A stretch of 63,071 bases of DNA, counting the filler, from Octopus bimaculoides (Eukaryota), in NCBI RefSeq assembly GCF_001194135.2. It is 4 parts of 4 records of this genome, joined end to end, with 100 filler letters (N's around TTAATTAATTAA, not from the genome) between each part and the next. Parts side by side here need not be neighbours in the genome. Positions count along the whole stretch, not along the records: positions 1 to 24,881 come from NC_068987.1; positions 24,982 to 36,538 come from NC_068984.1; 2 more parts are not named here. The stretch is one strand, 5' to 3'. The position numbers and the translations under genes were made by a program. Each line of letters begins with the position of its first letter. The first letter of the stretch is position 1. The notes below the pieces were generated by a model. That model made no database searches, was not told the origin of the DNA, and saw nothing but the letters and a program-made list of their open reading frames with translations. Below, piece after piece: positions 22,908-35,834 of this stretch.

Positions 22908-23570
22908 GTATTCTTTTATTTGTTTCAGTCATTTGACTGCGACCATGCTGGAGCACCGCCTTTAGTCGAGCAAATCGATGCTAGGACTTATTCTTTGTAA
23001 GCCCAGTAATTATTCTATCGGTAACTCTTGCCGAACCGCTAAGTGACGGGGACGTAAATACGCCAGCATCGGTTGTCAATCAATCTTGGGGGACAAACAT
23101 AGACACACAAACATATCCGTAAACATNNNNNNNNNNNNNNNNNNNNNNNNNNNNNNNNNNNNNNNNNNNNNNNNNNNNNNNNNNNNNNNNNNNNNNNNNN
23201 NNNNNNNNNNNNNNNNNNNNNNNNNNNNNNNNNNNNNNNNNNNNNNNNNNNNNNNNNNNNNNNNNNNNNNNNNNNNNNNNNNNNNNNNNNNNNNNNNNNN
23301 NNNNNNNNNNNNNNNNNNNNNNNNNNNNNNNNNNNNNNNNNNNNNNNNNNNNNNNNNNNNNNNNNNNNNNNNNNNNNNNNNNNNNNNNNNNNNNNNNNNN
23401 NNNNNNNNNNNNNNNNNNNNNNNNNATACGACGGGCTTCTTTCAGTTTCCGTCTACCAAATCTACTCACAAGGTCGGCTCAAGGCTATAGATAGTAGAAG
23501 ACACTTGCCCAAGGTGGCACGAAGTGGGACTGAACCCGAAACCATGTGGTTGGTAAGTAAGCTACTTACA
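22908..23570 (-). mobile_element. SINE family A, near full length (gap in the internal microsatellite)
   Basis: Tail 22908-23126, N gap, head 23426-23570; CpGs intact. Confidence 0.9.
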
Positions 23571-23694
23571 TATATAAGGTTCAAAAGAAGACAAAAAAAC
23601 AATGACAAAAAATGACAACGTGAGGACGTGATACGGATAGTGTTACTAGACGCTCGGGAAAGGAAAGAGAGAAACGCATGTATGTCTGTACTTA

Positions 23695-23885
23695 TGTATC
23701 TGTGCTTGTCCCCCCACCATTGTTTGACAACCGATATTGGTGTGTTTACGTCCCTGTAACATAGCGGTTCGGCAAAAGAGACCGATAGAATAAGTACTAG
23801 GCTTACAAAAAATTAAATCCTGGGGGCGATTTGTTCGATTAAAGGCATGACCGCAGTCAAATGACTGAAACAAGTAAAAGAAAAA
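23695..23885 (+). mobile_element. SINE family A, 3' module
   Basis: GTTCGGCAAAAGAGACCGATAGAATAAGTAC...GCAGTCAAATGACTGAAACAAGTAAAAG. Confidence 0.85.
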
Positions 23886-24881
23886 AAGAATTCTTGTTAT
23901 GACCGTTCTGATTTTTAAATAAATACTGAAGTCATGGTATACCCAGCTGTACGTTAATTATTATAAAAGTGCCCTGTATTTTTGAAGACGGTAGATTTAA
24001 GGTAGTTTAAAGCGACCTTGATCTATTTGGTACAATGTTGTTGTTGTTGTTATCGTCATTGTTGCTGCTGTTGTTCTTGTTGTATAATACTACATACGTC
24101 AGTGAGACATTGTAATGTACCCATGACACCCACACGGCACTGAGGAGAGAAAAACCTTTGTTAAAAATAAATAAAATATTGAATATCAATGACGTCTACA
24201 TATGTGTGTAGCATATTGCATGTACGCATGTGTGTGTGTGTGTGTGTGTGCGTGCGCGTGCGTGTGTGTGTATGTATTCACTTTCTCCTTTTAATTTTAG
24301 AGTAAATTTTGACCAGCCACCTACTTGGTAGCAAGGTTGTGAAGGAAAGTATCTTGTTTAAACCATCGGTCTTTAAAGGTCTTGCAAATTGTTGAAGTCC
24401 AAGATATCGTAACCATTTGTAGCATATGAATTAAAGATATATATGTATGTTTGTATGTATGTGTGTATGTATGTATGTATGTACGTATGCATGCATGTAT
24501 GCATGCATACATGTGCTTGTGTGTGTGTGTGTGTGTGTTTGGGTACAACGTGCATTCAGCTAAGGTACACAAGAAACGCATCAGACACGTGTATGCATAC
24601 GTACAAATGTATATATGCATATATACACTCGCACAAATAAACACACACACACAACAGAAGCCACTTATAGTCGAAAGCAATATTATCAACCAGTTATTAT
24701 CAAAACCAGAGGATTCCGAACTCTTTAATTGCTTGATGTGATTAAAAAGGCCGTGTCAGCGATCAAAATAAGTGGTTCCCCTTATTATATATATATATAT
24801 ATATATATATGTTTGTGTGTGTGTGTGTGTGAGAAAGTTGGTATGTGAAAGCACGTGGTTGGATGTATAAAAGATAATAAG

Positions 24882-24981
24882 NNNNNNNNNNNNNNNNNNN
24901 NNNNNNNNNNNNNNNNNNNNNNNNNTTAATTAATTAANNNNNNNNNNNNNNNNNNNNNNNNNNNNNNNNNNNNNNNNNNNN
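24882..24981. other. Artificial scaffold join (44N-TTAATTAATTAA-44N)
   Basis: Exactly 100 bp; the 12-mer gives stops in all six frames; identical at three sites. Confidence 0.95.
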
Positions 24982-25791
24982 ATACACACCCCTCACATAC
25001 ATAAAACCACACACATACACACACATACACAGCACACATACACATATACACACATGCACACATACACACATACACACATGCACACACGCACACACACCTC
25101 TCACATACACAATACTCACTCACATACATAACACACACGCACGCACGAAAACATACACAATATACACATACACGCACGCACAAAAATATACACACACGCG
25201 CACACGCAAACACGCATACAGACACACATAAACACACACACACCCGTATCTAACACTCACAATCCCACACACACACGCACATCCACACACATACACACAC
25301 ATGCACACACCCACATACACACACTTCTCACCAACACTACACACTCACACAGACACGCATACAATCACACACACATGGGCATAAACAACACACGCATATA
25401 CAATAGCAAACGCACGCACACACACGTACACAGCAACGCACATACACACAACATACACATACACACAAACACACACGCACGCACAGAAAACATACACATA
25501 CACACACNNNNNNNNNNNNNNNNNNNNNNNNNNNNNNNNNNNNNNNNNNNNNNNNNNNNNNNNNNNNNNNNNNNNNNNNNNNNNNNNNNNNNNNNNNNNN
25601 NNNNNNNNNNNNNNNNNNNNNNNNNNNNNNNNNNNNNNNNNNNNNNNNNNNNNNNNNNNNNNNNNNNNNNNNNNNNNNNNNNNNNNNNNNNNNNNNNNNN
25701 NNNNNNNNNNNNNNNNNNNNNNNNNNNNNNNNNNNNNNNNNNNNNNNNNNNNNNNNNNNNNNNNNNNNNNNNNNNNNNNNNNNNNNNNNNN

Positions 25792-25848
<57 letters not shown>

Positions 25849-26567
25849 CACTTAGACATAGCGACACAAATAACCCGGGGTAGAACTCAATATACATATG
25901 GTCCAGAACACAGTGTTATATGAGTTTAGAGAGGTAATATAAAACAAAGAGATGGGTATAAGATAGTATAAGATATGCATTCAGAGAATTGTGCGGCTAT
26001 TACAGAAAGCTCCTCTTACAGACACAGCTAACAATCCGCATAGTAATTCCACCACAGGGGAGTGTAATGGAGAATGTCCATGCAGCTGAAATACAGAAGA
26101 TCCGATCGATGAAATTCAAGTGTATAAATCTCCTCAGATCATCAGGACGATATTGGATTGTTTGTGTAGACATGATGTTCTGTTGGTCTGATGAATAGCT
26201 TTCTTTATTTGCATTGATTTGTAAAAATACAATGCTATTGTATAATGTCGAGACGTGTACGCTTAATTTCTTTCACACTGAAATCGTTACTACATAAGAA
26301 GGCTGCAAAATGCCCGCAACCCAAGGGATGTGAAGCGATAAAATTTATTTATTCGCCTCTCATACTTCCTGACTTTTTTACGGTTTACATATAGTAGAAA
26401 CATACATACATACATACATATGTACATCCATCCAACCATTTCTCCATCCATCCATCCATCCATCCATCCATCCATCCATCCATCCATCCATCCATCCATC
26501 TATCCATCCTTACATACATAAACACGCTCATACAGCGACACACACATACACACACACACACATATTA

Positions 26568-26733
26568 GGCGCAGGCGTGGGTGTGTGGTAAGACGTTTGC
26601 TTCCTAACTACGTAGTTCCGGGACCAGTCCCACTGCATGGCACCTTGGACAAGTGTCTTCTACTATAGGTTGGGCCTAACAAAACCTTGTGAGTGGATTT
26701 GGTAGACGGAAACTGAAAGAAGCCCGTCGTGTA
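26568..26733 (+). mobile_element. SINE family A, 5' module
   Basis: GGCGCAGGCGTGGGTGTGTGGTAAG...CACCTTGGACAAGTGTCTT...GAAGCCCGTCG. Confidence 0.85.
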
Positions 26734-27333
26734 TATATAAAAAAGAAAACAAAAAATGGAACAAGAATGTCACAGGTGACAACAAAACATCCGGACAGTT
26801 GGACGATACAAAAAAGGACAGGGAAAACAAGAACGGGTCATTCGGAGCTTCCTATTCTCAGTCGAGTATCAGATTATCTTAGCAGTTTCGGTTGGATACA
26901 CTCGAGACTGCTCCAATCTAGCCGGCCCCAAGAAAATCTAAGTTAAGAGCACTAGATTCCTTGGAAGAAGGCAAGCGAATGTATACGAAAACAAAGATGA
27001 AAAAAACGGAGAAATGGTACACAATTACAAATACAAACAACAGGACATTAAAAACAAGTGTCTTTCGACTAAGGACGAATTAAATTAAGCTGGCGTGTAT
27101 GGAAGTGAACCCTTACTGCAGGGACATAAGAGATGAAAGTCATGGGAAAGAACATAAGAGATGCTACACGGATGGTAGTCGCTACTGCTCCTGCCACTTT
27201 CCCTCCCCGAGCTTTCTGTCATACTGTAACATCTCTTATCCTTCACTCGCCCTAGGACGTTGGGTGTGTCTTGGCAAGTGATTGTAACAAACATGCAGAT
27301 TAAAAGTAAATGATGATGATGATGATGATGATG

Positions 27334-27397
<64 letters not shown>

Positions 27398-27405
27398 TAA
27401 TAATA

Positions 27406-27620
27406 ACAAGAGCATTCAGAGAGCGCAAACCTCCGCTGAGGCAACACCAACGTCCTCTCAAAGATTAGCCGGAGATGATTTTTAAAATGAGAATATCTGA
27501 AATAAACTCGACTGCTCTCACAAACGAGAATACTAAAAATGAACCCGACCGCTTTCAAAAATTAAGCAAAAAAACGGAAAAATAATCCAGAATCCTTGTC
27601 CGGTACCTGATCGATCTCAA
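27406..27620. mobile_element. Helentron-associated non-autonomous element (HINE/DINE-1-like), one end
   Basis: ACAAGAGCATTCAGAGAGCGCAAACCTCCGCTGAGG... ends in AATCCAGAATCCTTGTCCGGTAC, which is shared with 29636. Confidence 0.55.
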
Positions 27621-27649
27621 TGGTAGTCATAGAATGTGAAGCTGGGTGT

Positions 27650-28660
27650 GTGGGCCGCGAAATTTTTTTCCCACGAGAGCTTCGACCCTCCAGTAATGAA
27701 CTCATTTGCTTATAGCCAATCAGAGCTGAGCCACCTTTATCCTTTCTTCCTTTCTAGTCAGCATCGTGCATCCTTTATTCTTTCCCTGTCTACTGGCAGA
27801 CAGCAACTTCTCCGTCTAGGTTAATGTTTGTTTCTTTTTGCCATTGAGCATTGAGATGGCTGTAAGGTGTGCTAAAAATAGCAGCTACATAAGATGTTTT
27901 GGTTAAATCTTTTAGATTAAAGTTTATTTGCCAACATCTCGCTCAGAAATTTAAAACTAACTGTTATTCTCTTTTAAATTAACATAAATATTTATTAATA
28001 TAAAAGAAAATTACCAGAGAACTTTCATCTAATTAATTCTTCTAAATCTTTCAGTTAAAATTGTAATGTGTTTATCGCCTGTAACGTATTGTTTATCGCA
28101 TTTGCATTAATCACTAGTGGTTGTAAGGTGCTAAAAATTACTGCTAAATAAGATTTATCTACATGAAATAAAATTACCGGAGACATAACACGTTGTTTAC
28201 AAATATTCTTTTCTACTCAAGGCACAAGGCCCGAAACTTTGGGGGAGGGGACCAGTCGATTAGATCGACCCCAGTACGCAAATGATACTTAAATTTATCG
28301 ACCCCGAAAGGATGAAAGGCAGTGTCGACCTCGGCAGAGTGTTATTTTCAGAATATTGACAACAGTGTAGTTATAAAACCTTCAAGCAATTTCCGTACTT
28401 TCATATTCATCCAAAACATTATCTTTGATTGCTATAGTAATTCGAACCTACCGCTAACAAGCGTATGTGTTCAGTATTAATGATATTGGCATCTGAATGA
28501 AAGCACAGTACAAGATTCGCATGGTAATCGGAGGTCACCATTTTGAATGCCAACATTTGTTAACTTAACAAGGTAAAAGTGAGCGCTGATTGGCTGTATG
28601 CAAACGAGTACTTTACTGGGGTCCGGAACTCTCGTGGGAAAAAATTCGCTTGCGGGCCGT
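27650..28660. mobile_element. ~1-kb element bounded by ~75-bp imperfect inverted repeats
   Basis: GCGAAATTTTTTTCCCACGAGAG...AGCCAATCAG (27657-27725) matches the reverse complement of 28580-28652 (roughly 75% by eye). Confidence 0.65.
28205..28338 (-). mobile_element. SINE family B fragment nested in the inverted-repeat element
   Basis: GACCCCAGTACGCAA...GACCCCGAAAGGATGAAAGGC. Confidence 0.85.
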
Positions 28661-28719
28661 GTTTGTAATGCTGTGTGTGTGTCATCTGCAGTGGGAACAG
28701 GGACAGTGTTCTCTATGAA

Positions 28720-28885
28720 GGCCTTTTTTTAGTCTATCCACTGATATAGTGTTTTTACGACCATTAAGATCTATAATGAAAAATTTATCCGCGCATGAGA
28801 GAAAACGGAAAGGACCTGCATACAGTGCTGTTAACGGAGGTTTAACAACATCGTTGTGCACAAAAATGTGAGTCCCAGAATGCAA
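28720..28885 (-). pseudogene. Gypsy/Ty3 pol C-terminal fragment (GPY/F module after integrase)
   Basis: THIFVHNDVVKPPLTALYAGPFRFLSCADKFFIIDLNGRKNTISVDRLK matches HVFVR.DAV..PL.PPY.GP+...R.DK.F.+D+NG...+S+DRLK. Confidence 0.8.
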
Positions 28886-29221
28886 TTGTCAAGTAGGTAA
28901 GAGATTTTAAACAGGAGCTATATATTCGAAATCGGTAAAACTATAAATTGTCGAGGATAAATTAAATTTATTATTGTTACTGAAAATGTTTGTGTTAATT
29001 AATTTCTGAACGGTTTTGCTGCCGTTTGTTTATATAGTTTGATTTCTATATCCATTAGTTTCTACTAAGATAGAGGCGCGAATAAAATTAATAATAGAGA
29101 AACGAAAATGAAACTTTGGAAACAGCAACGCCGCCATAACTTACGTGGAAACCATAAGCGTGCTTATAAGAGAAATAATCAGGGAAAAATTTGAAAGTCA
29201 ACGTAAGGTCGTAATACTTCA

Positions 29222-29600
29222 TGTTGGCACTTCGTCGCTTACGACGTCGAGAGTTCCAGTTGATCCGACAACGGAACAGCCTGCTCGTGAAATTAACGTG
29301 CAAGTGGCTGAGCACTCCACAGACACGTGTACCCTTAACGTAGTTCTCGGGGATATTCAGCATGACACAGTGTGACAAGGCTGACCCTTTGAATTACAGG
29401 TACAACAAAAACAGGAAGTAAGAGTGAGAGAAAGTTGTGGTGGAAGAGTACAGCAGGGTTCACTACCATCCCCTGCCGGAGCCTCGTGGAGCTTTAGGTG
29501 TTTTCGCTCAATAAACACTCACAACGCCTGGTCTGGGAATCGAAACCGCGATCCTATGACCGCGAGTCCGCTGTCCTAACCACTGGGCCATTGCGCCTCC
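29222..29600 (-). mobile_element. SINE family D (tRNA-derived), near full length
   Basis: Reverse complement GGAGGCGCAATGGCCCAGTGGTTAGG...GGTTTCGATTCCC (A and B boxes), followed by ~300 bp of non-tRNA body. Confidence 0.85.
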
Positions 29601-29617
29601 ACAATACTTCATGTATA

Positions 29618-29849
29618 GTAAAGTAAATATAACAAAAATAATCCAGAATCCTTGTCCGGTACGGGATTGATCCCAAAATCTAATCAGTTCGTGCCAGTTA
29701 CAAGGCCAAACATCCCTGAAAGTTTCATCCGAATTCATCCAGCGGTTCTTGTGATATCTTGTCCACAGACAAACAAACAAACAAACAAGCAAACAAACAA
29801 ACAAACACGACTGAAAACAATACCCCCGCCTTCGCCAAGGCGGATGTAA
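29618..29849. mobile_element. HINE/DINE-1-like element end
   Basis: Internal (AAAC)n microsatellite and terminal hairpin CCGCCTT-CGCC-AAGGCGG followed by ATGTAA. Confidence 0.7.
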
Positions 29850-30025
29850 CAACAACAACAACAACAACAACAACAATAAGAATAATGATAATAATAAGAT
29901 GAAAAATAAATTAAATAATACTCGTATTATTCAACCCAAGGATAATAAACGGGGAGTACATACTTTAAACTCGCTATACAAAAAATACGAAAAACTATAC
30001 GTAAAAAAAACATTTAACATCAGAA

Positions 30026-32260
30026 ATGAACGAACCGGTACCCTACGAAAATGATGATCATCAAAATAAAGGGATGGACGTCATTCCTCATGTACCGCAA
30101 ATAAAATCAAAAGAGCATAAATGGACACGGGAAGAATATATTTCAATCCTACACGCTTATTTTACAGTAGTGCTCCACTCACAGAACGAAAACACAACAA
30201 ATACATATAAAATCTGGAAGAAAAAATAACCTAGATAAAGATTTGGATACAGTAATGAGCCTTAATAATACGGAGATATATTCTAAAAAAAAAAAAATCA
30301 GAAATAGAAATAGAACACTTAAAAGGAAAAATACACCAAGAAAACATAGATAGTAATCACACAGCAATTCCAAATAATACCACAAGTACTGGGACTGTAA
30401 AATACGAAGACAGACGTAACATGTTCAACAAAAACGAAGTAAACAATGAAAGACAACAAACCCATACCGTAGGAAAGTATAATGATGAGCAAAATGCATC
30501 AAACCAGAACACCATAGGCAAATATATGAACGGGAGGGGATACAAAACAAATCTAAAATCTGGAAGCAGCGAAGGTGAAACCAATGATTATGATATTCTA
30601 AAAATGAATATAATCAAAGAATTGAAAGCCACAGATCTCAGTACGGTCCACCGATTATACCTCCCAAAAATTAAAATTGATAATAAAACAACACCGATAA
30701 TAAATAGCATGAACCTGGTCGTCACAGAACTAATGAAACAAATGTCAATATGAAACAAATGCCACAGAAACAAATGTCAATATGACCAGGCTAAATGATA
30801 TGATATATGCAGCAGCCTCTGTGGTCACAAAAGAAGCTGGATATCCACTAAAGCCCATCCAAACAGGCGCATCACCACTCAAGCAAACCCTGTGGATAAA
30901 TAATATTAAAAAATAGAGAATAAGAGAAAGCAACAAGAAGAGAAGAAAAATACTACATAAACACAAAATTACAGAACAAGGTAAAGCAAGATATCCTCGC
31001 CAAAGCACAAAGAATCCGCCAGTTTGAGAAACGCCAACATTTCTTTGAACAGAACAAGCAGTTCAACTCCAAACCCAAAAGATTCTACCAAGAACCTGGC
31101 AAAAATAAAATAGACATCAATGCAACACCAACAGCAGAAGAAGTGGAAGAATTTTGGAAAGAAATATGGTCAGCGAATGAACAACCTCATCAAAGATCTA
31201 TCAAAACAATGAACACAGCACCTGAACAAATCTGGACCCTATAACAACTGAAGAGGTCATCCAGGCACTGAAAAAACTAAGCAACTGGAAGGCACCCGGG
31301 CACGACAAGATCTCCAACTTCTGGTTAAAATACCTAACAGGAACACATAAAAAGCTGGCTGAGAAATTTAATGAAATACTAGCAGAGCCAGAAACAATGC
31401 CTGAATGGCTCACGGAAGGGAAAACTATCCTAATTCTCAAACCCACTGAAACGGCAAATCCACAAAATTACAGACCAATAACATGTTTCCCTACAATTTA
31501 CAAAACCTTTACTGCAATAATATCGCAGAGAATGAGTAAACATCTAGAAGATAACAACCTGTTTCCAGAAGAGCAGAAGGGATGCTGCAAGGGCTCATAC
31601 GGCTGACCAAGCAGAAAGAAGAAAGGTCTAAGTATGGCCTGGATCGATTACCAAAAGGCTTTTGATAGTATTCCCCACACATGGATCTTAGAAACACTAG
31701 CCATGAACAAGGTAGCATCAATAATCATAAAATATATAAAACATTCGATGAGTGAATGGCAGAGAGTGCTACAGCTCCAGACAAAAGAGGGACTCATAAA
31801 AACCAAAGCCATCCCCATTAGACAGGAAATATTCCAAGGAGACACTCCCTCCACTCCTTTTCTTCTTGACACTGATACCTTTACCTGTTACGGCAAAACA
31901 ATCAGCCACCTTATATATGGATGATCTAAAACTGTACGCTACAAATGATAAAAAGCTGGATTTACCAAAGAGCATGAAATTTGGCTTAGAAAAATGTGCC
32001 AAAGCAACCTTGAAAAGAGGAAAACTAGTTAAGAGTAGCAACATCACACTAGATAAAGCAAATGAAATAAGAGAATTAGACCATATCCAGACATACAAAT
32101 GCTTAGGAATCAATGAACTAGATACGACACAACACACAAATAAAAGATAAGATAAGAAAAGAATACTACTGACGAGTTAGATTAATACTGGAAACAGCTC
32201 AATGCTAAAAACAAGATAATAGGTATCAACACTAGCCGTTCCAGTTATAAGTTTCAGAGT
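30026..32260 (+). pseudogene. R4/Dong-clade non-LTR retrotransposon ORF (RT), internally deleted
   Basis: KWTREEY; SNWKAPGHDKISNFWLK; NYRPITCFPTIYK; EEQKGCCKGSYG; SMAWIDYQKAFDSIPHTW; IFQGD; YMDDLKLYA; MKFGLEKCAK; LNAKNKIIGINT. Many stops and deletions. Confidence 0.92.
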
Positions 32261-33237
32261 CGGGATTTCACCAGTATGCAACATATGCATCGAAGAAACG
32301 CTGGAAATAATAACATTCAGGGAAAACGTGATAAATAGACACTTTGAGATGATCATATCATGCAAGCATAGAAACAAAATATCATTCCTGAGATTTAAAA
32401 AGATATTTTGAAAACAAGTAACAAATCATTGAATAATGAAGGAACCCAAAACAAATAATTGAAAATACCAATGTTTAAGATGGCACACACTACTACAACA
32501 GCAGAAACAGTGAAAAGTCACCATAAGAGGGGTGGTATTAATTCAATCAACAAACTTTACTGTATAGCAGCTAACCTCCTGTTGGGTTCAGAATTTAATG
32601 AGGGGAGTCAAGTCTTGAATGAAATAGAATGAACTAGAGCAAAGAAATGTCCTTTAATCTACTGAATGAATGACCATCCTTAGAATCTGCAGAATGAATA
32701 GCAAGTAAATTCAACACCACCACAAACACGACCATTCCCATATTACTACCATTCCTTCCTCTACTACCATCACCTACCTCCCTACCAAGTACACACAGAA
32801 ATTCTCACATAGCTAAATTGGCCTTCATACTGGTTAGAAGGGATAAACATTCCTCAGTGATTCATCCAATTGTACAGTATCGTCTGATGAAATGGATTAA
32901 TGATGATGCCCACGGATAATGCCCACTATACTGTACTAATCCCAAGGATACCGACTCTGATGTCAAAATCATCTGATTTGTGGAAAGGTACGTAGCGATG
33001 TATTAAATAGTTATAAATTCCATCCTGGTATTATTGTTATTATTATGTATCCCACATTGTATCGGTATAACCATGATGCAACCCCGAAAATCTGACTCAC
33101 TTGTCAGTATCATTAAACGGTAGCCGGCATAATGAAATAGGAGCTTTATTTGCAGCCTAACGCAATCTAAACGAATTTAAAAGATATATAAATATGTGTA
33201 TGAGTGATTGCATATAGATAGATAGATAGATACATAC

Positions 33238-33358
<121 letters not shown>

Positions 33359-34084
33359 GTATATATGCATGCATGTATGTATGTATGTATGTATGTATGC
33401 ATGGCCGCACCCTCAAGGCTGAAACATAAAAGAATATATATATAGTAATATAATTTATTATTCATAATTTATTATTTAATTGAACGCTACGCGTCGATTT
33501 CCAAGTAAGTTTATTTCCACCTTTTTGAAGCGACTCTTTTCTCTATACTGTTTTCTTCCTCCATCCTTCTCTAATTCCCTTTTCTCCTCCCCCCTCCTTC
33601 ACCATTTTCTATCTGTCTCTCTCTCTTTACGCCTCTTTCTCTTTTCGTGACCATCGCCCATCTTTCTTTTCCTGCACGGACGTTTAAAAGAACGGACATC
33701 TTTTTTCTCTCTATTCTATCTTTTCTCTCTCTATTCTATCGTTTCTCTTTTCAAAAAAATATTTCACAGAGCATTCACTATTTTCCTCTCGTTCTGGTTT
33801 AATGACCTTCCATTTTTATTTTCGTTCGGTTTCTTTGACTCGTTTATTTACGTATTTCATGTTGTTTGAACCGTTAGTGACGTCCTGTACCCATATATGC
33901 ATGTATATATTAGAGGGTGGTATGCAGTAGATTTGGTTAAATTCAAAATTTGAAAGTAGAAAGTTTATAGTAGATTTAATTAAACTCAGAGAATGTTCTA
34001 GAGAATGTACTAGACAAGCAACCACAGCTCGGCGGTTCAAGTCCTATCACCAACATTCTATAGAGTCCATGAGCGTAATTTGTT

Positions 34085-34473
34085 TTTTAATTCTTTTTAC
34101 TTGTTTCAGTCACTTGACTGCGGCCATGCTGAAGCACTACCTTAAAGGGTTCTAATCGAAGAAATCGACCCCCAGGACGTATTCCTTGTAAGCCTAGTTC
34201 TTATTCTATCGGTCTCTTTTGCCGAACCGCTAGTTTACGGGGAGATAAACATAGCAGCATCAGTTGTCAAGCGATGGTGGGAGTACACACACACACACAC
34301 ACACGACTGGCTTCTTTTAGTTTCCGTCTACCAAAATCCACTCACAAGGCTTTGGTCGGGCCGAGGCTATGGTAGAAGACACTTAAGACACTTGCTCAAG
34401 GTGCTACGCAGTGGGACTGAACCCGGAACCATGTGAGAAGCAAGCTTCTTACCACACAGCTATGCCTGCGCCT
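34085..34473 (-). mobile_element. SINE family A, full length
   Basis: Complete tail, (CA)n and head; CpGs intact. Confidence 0.9.
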
Positions 34474-35238
34474 ATTTACATCCATCAGTTATTGTCACTC
34501 CAGGTTCAAAATACATCCGCACCCTCATTTAACCCTGTATTTATCTTTAGTCGCTGGATTAACCGATTTAAAGAATTAGACTAAAAATAAACAGCTTGAT
34601 TTAGCGAGTGTCCTGATTACAATTTCCCATTGTTGTATGATATTGGTTGTAGTTGTTGGAGTGGCGACATCTGTTCATATTATCATAATGTTGCTGTTAT
34701 TGTAGAAGTAGCGGGTGTAGGTTTTCTGTTGATATTGCAGTGTAGTAGTAGTAGTAATAAAAGATGTTGATGGTGGTGGTATCGTGGTGTTGGCCGACGT
34801 TGTTATACAGAGTATTTAATTGTGAATGGTGATGGTTGGGGTGGTAGTAGTAGTCGTTGTTGTTGTAGTGTTGGTAACAGTGTTCGTGGTTGTAGTTCTG
34901 ATGTAGCGGTGATGTAGTGGTGGTAGTGGTAGTAGTTGTTATAGTGGTGGTAATGATGGTGGTAGTTATTGAGGTAGTTGTTGTTGTGATGATGGTGGTT
35001 TGAGCGGTTGAAGTAGTAGTAGTAGTCTTAGTAATAGTGGTCGCTGGTGTTGCTATTATTATTTCAATAAGACAGATCAAGTTTATTTACCTGGAGAGGC
35101 TGATTAGTCTTCGCTGTCGATACTGGTATGTAATCACACCTACTTAGACACTATATGTATGCTTGTGTGTACGCGCGCGCGAGGTGAGTGCATATACATC
35201 CATATGTCTATCTGTGTGTGTATATATATGTATTTATG

Positions 35239-35285
<47 letters not shown>

Positions 35286-35834
35286 NNNNNNNNNNNNNNN
35301 NNNNNNNNNNNNNNNNNNNNNNNNNNNNNNNNNNNNNNNNNNNNNNNNNNNNNNNNNNNNNNNNNNNNNNNNNNNNNNNNNNNNNNNNNNNNNNNNNNNN
35401 NNNNNNNNNNNNNNNNNNNNNNNNNNNNNNNNNNNNNNNNNNNNNNNNNNNNNNNNNNNNNNNNNNNNNNNNNNNNNNNNNNNNNNNNNNNNNNNNNNNN
35501 NNNNNNNNNNNNNNNNNNNNNNNNNNNNNNNNNNNNNNNNNNNNNNNNNNNNNNNNNNNNNNNNNNNNNNNNNNNNNNNNNNNNNNNNNNNNNNNNNNNN
35601 NNNNNNNNNNNNNNNNNNNNNNNNNNNNNNNNNNNNNNNNNNNNNNNNNNNNNNNNNNNNNNNNNNNNNNNNNNNNNNNNNNNNNNNNNNNNNNNNNNNN
35701 NNNNNNNNNNNNNNNNNNNNNNNNNNNNNNNNNNNNNNNNNNNNNNNNNNNNNNNNNNNNNNNNNNNNNNNNNNNNNNNNNNNNNNNNNNNNNNNNNNNN
35801 NNNNNNNNNNNNNNNNNNNNNNNNNNNNNNNNNN

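Noticed and set aside
29508-29600. tRNA-like sequences (also at 12852, 61936, 62400)
   Set aside because: A/B boxes continue into SINE bodies without an acceptor stem or 3' end, so these are SINE heads.
34697-35080. Mucin-like poly-Thr ORF; likewise poly-Ile at 17857 and poly-Ser/Leu at 18928-19267
   Set aside because: Translations of degenerate triplet microsatellites, with no splice or domain support.
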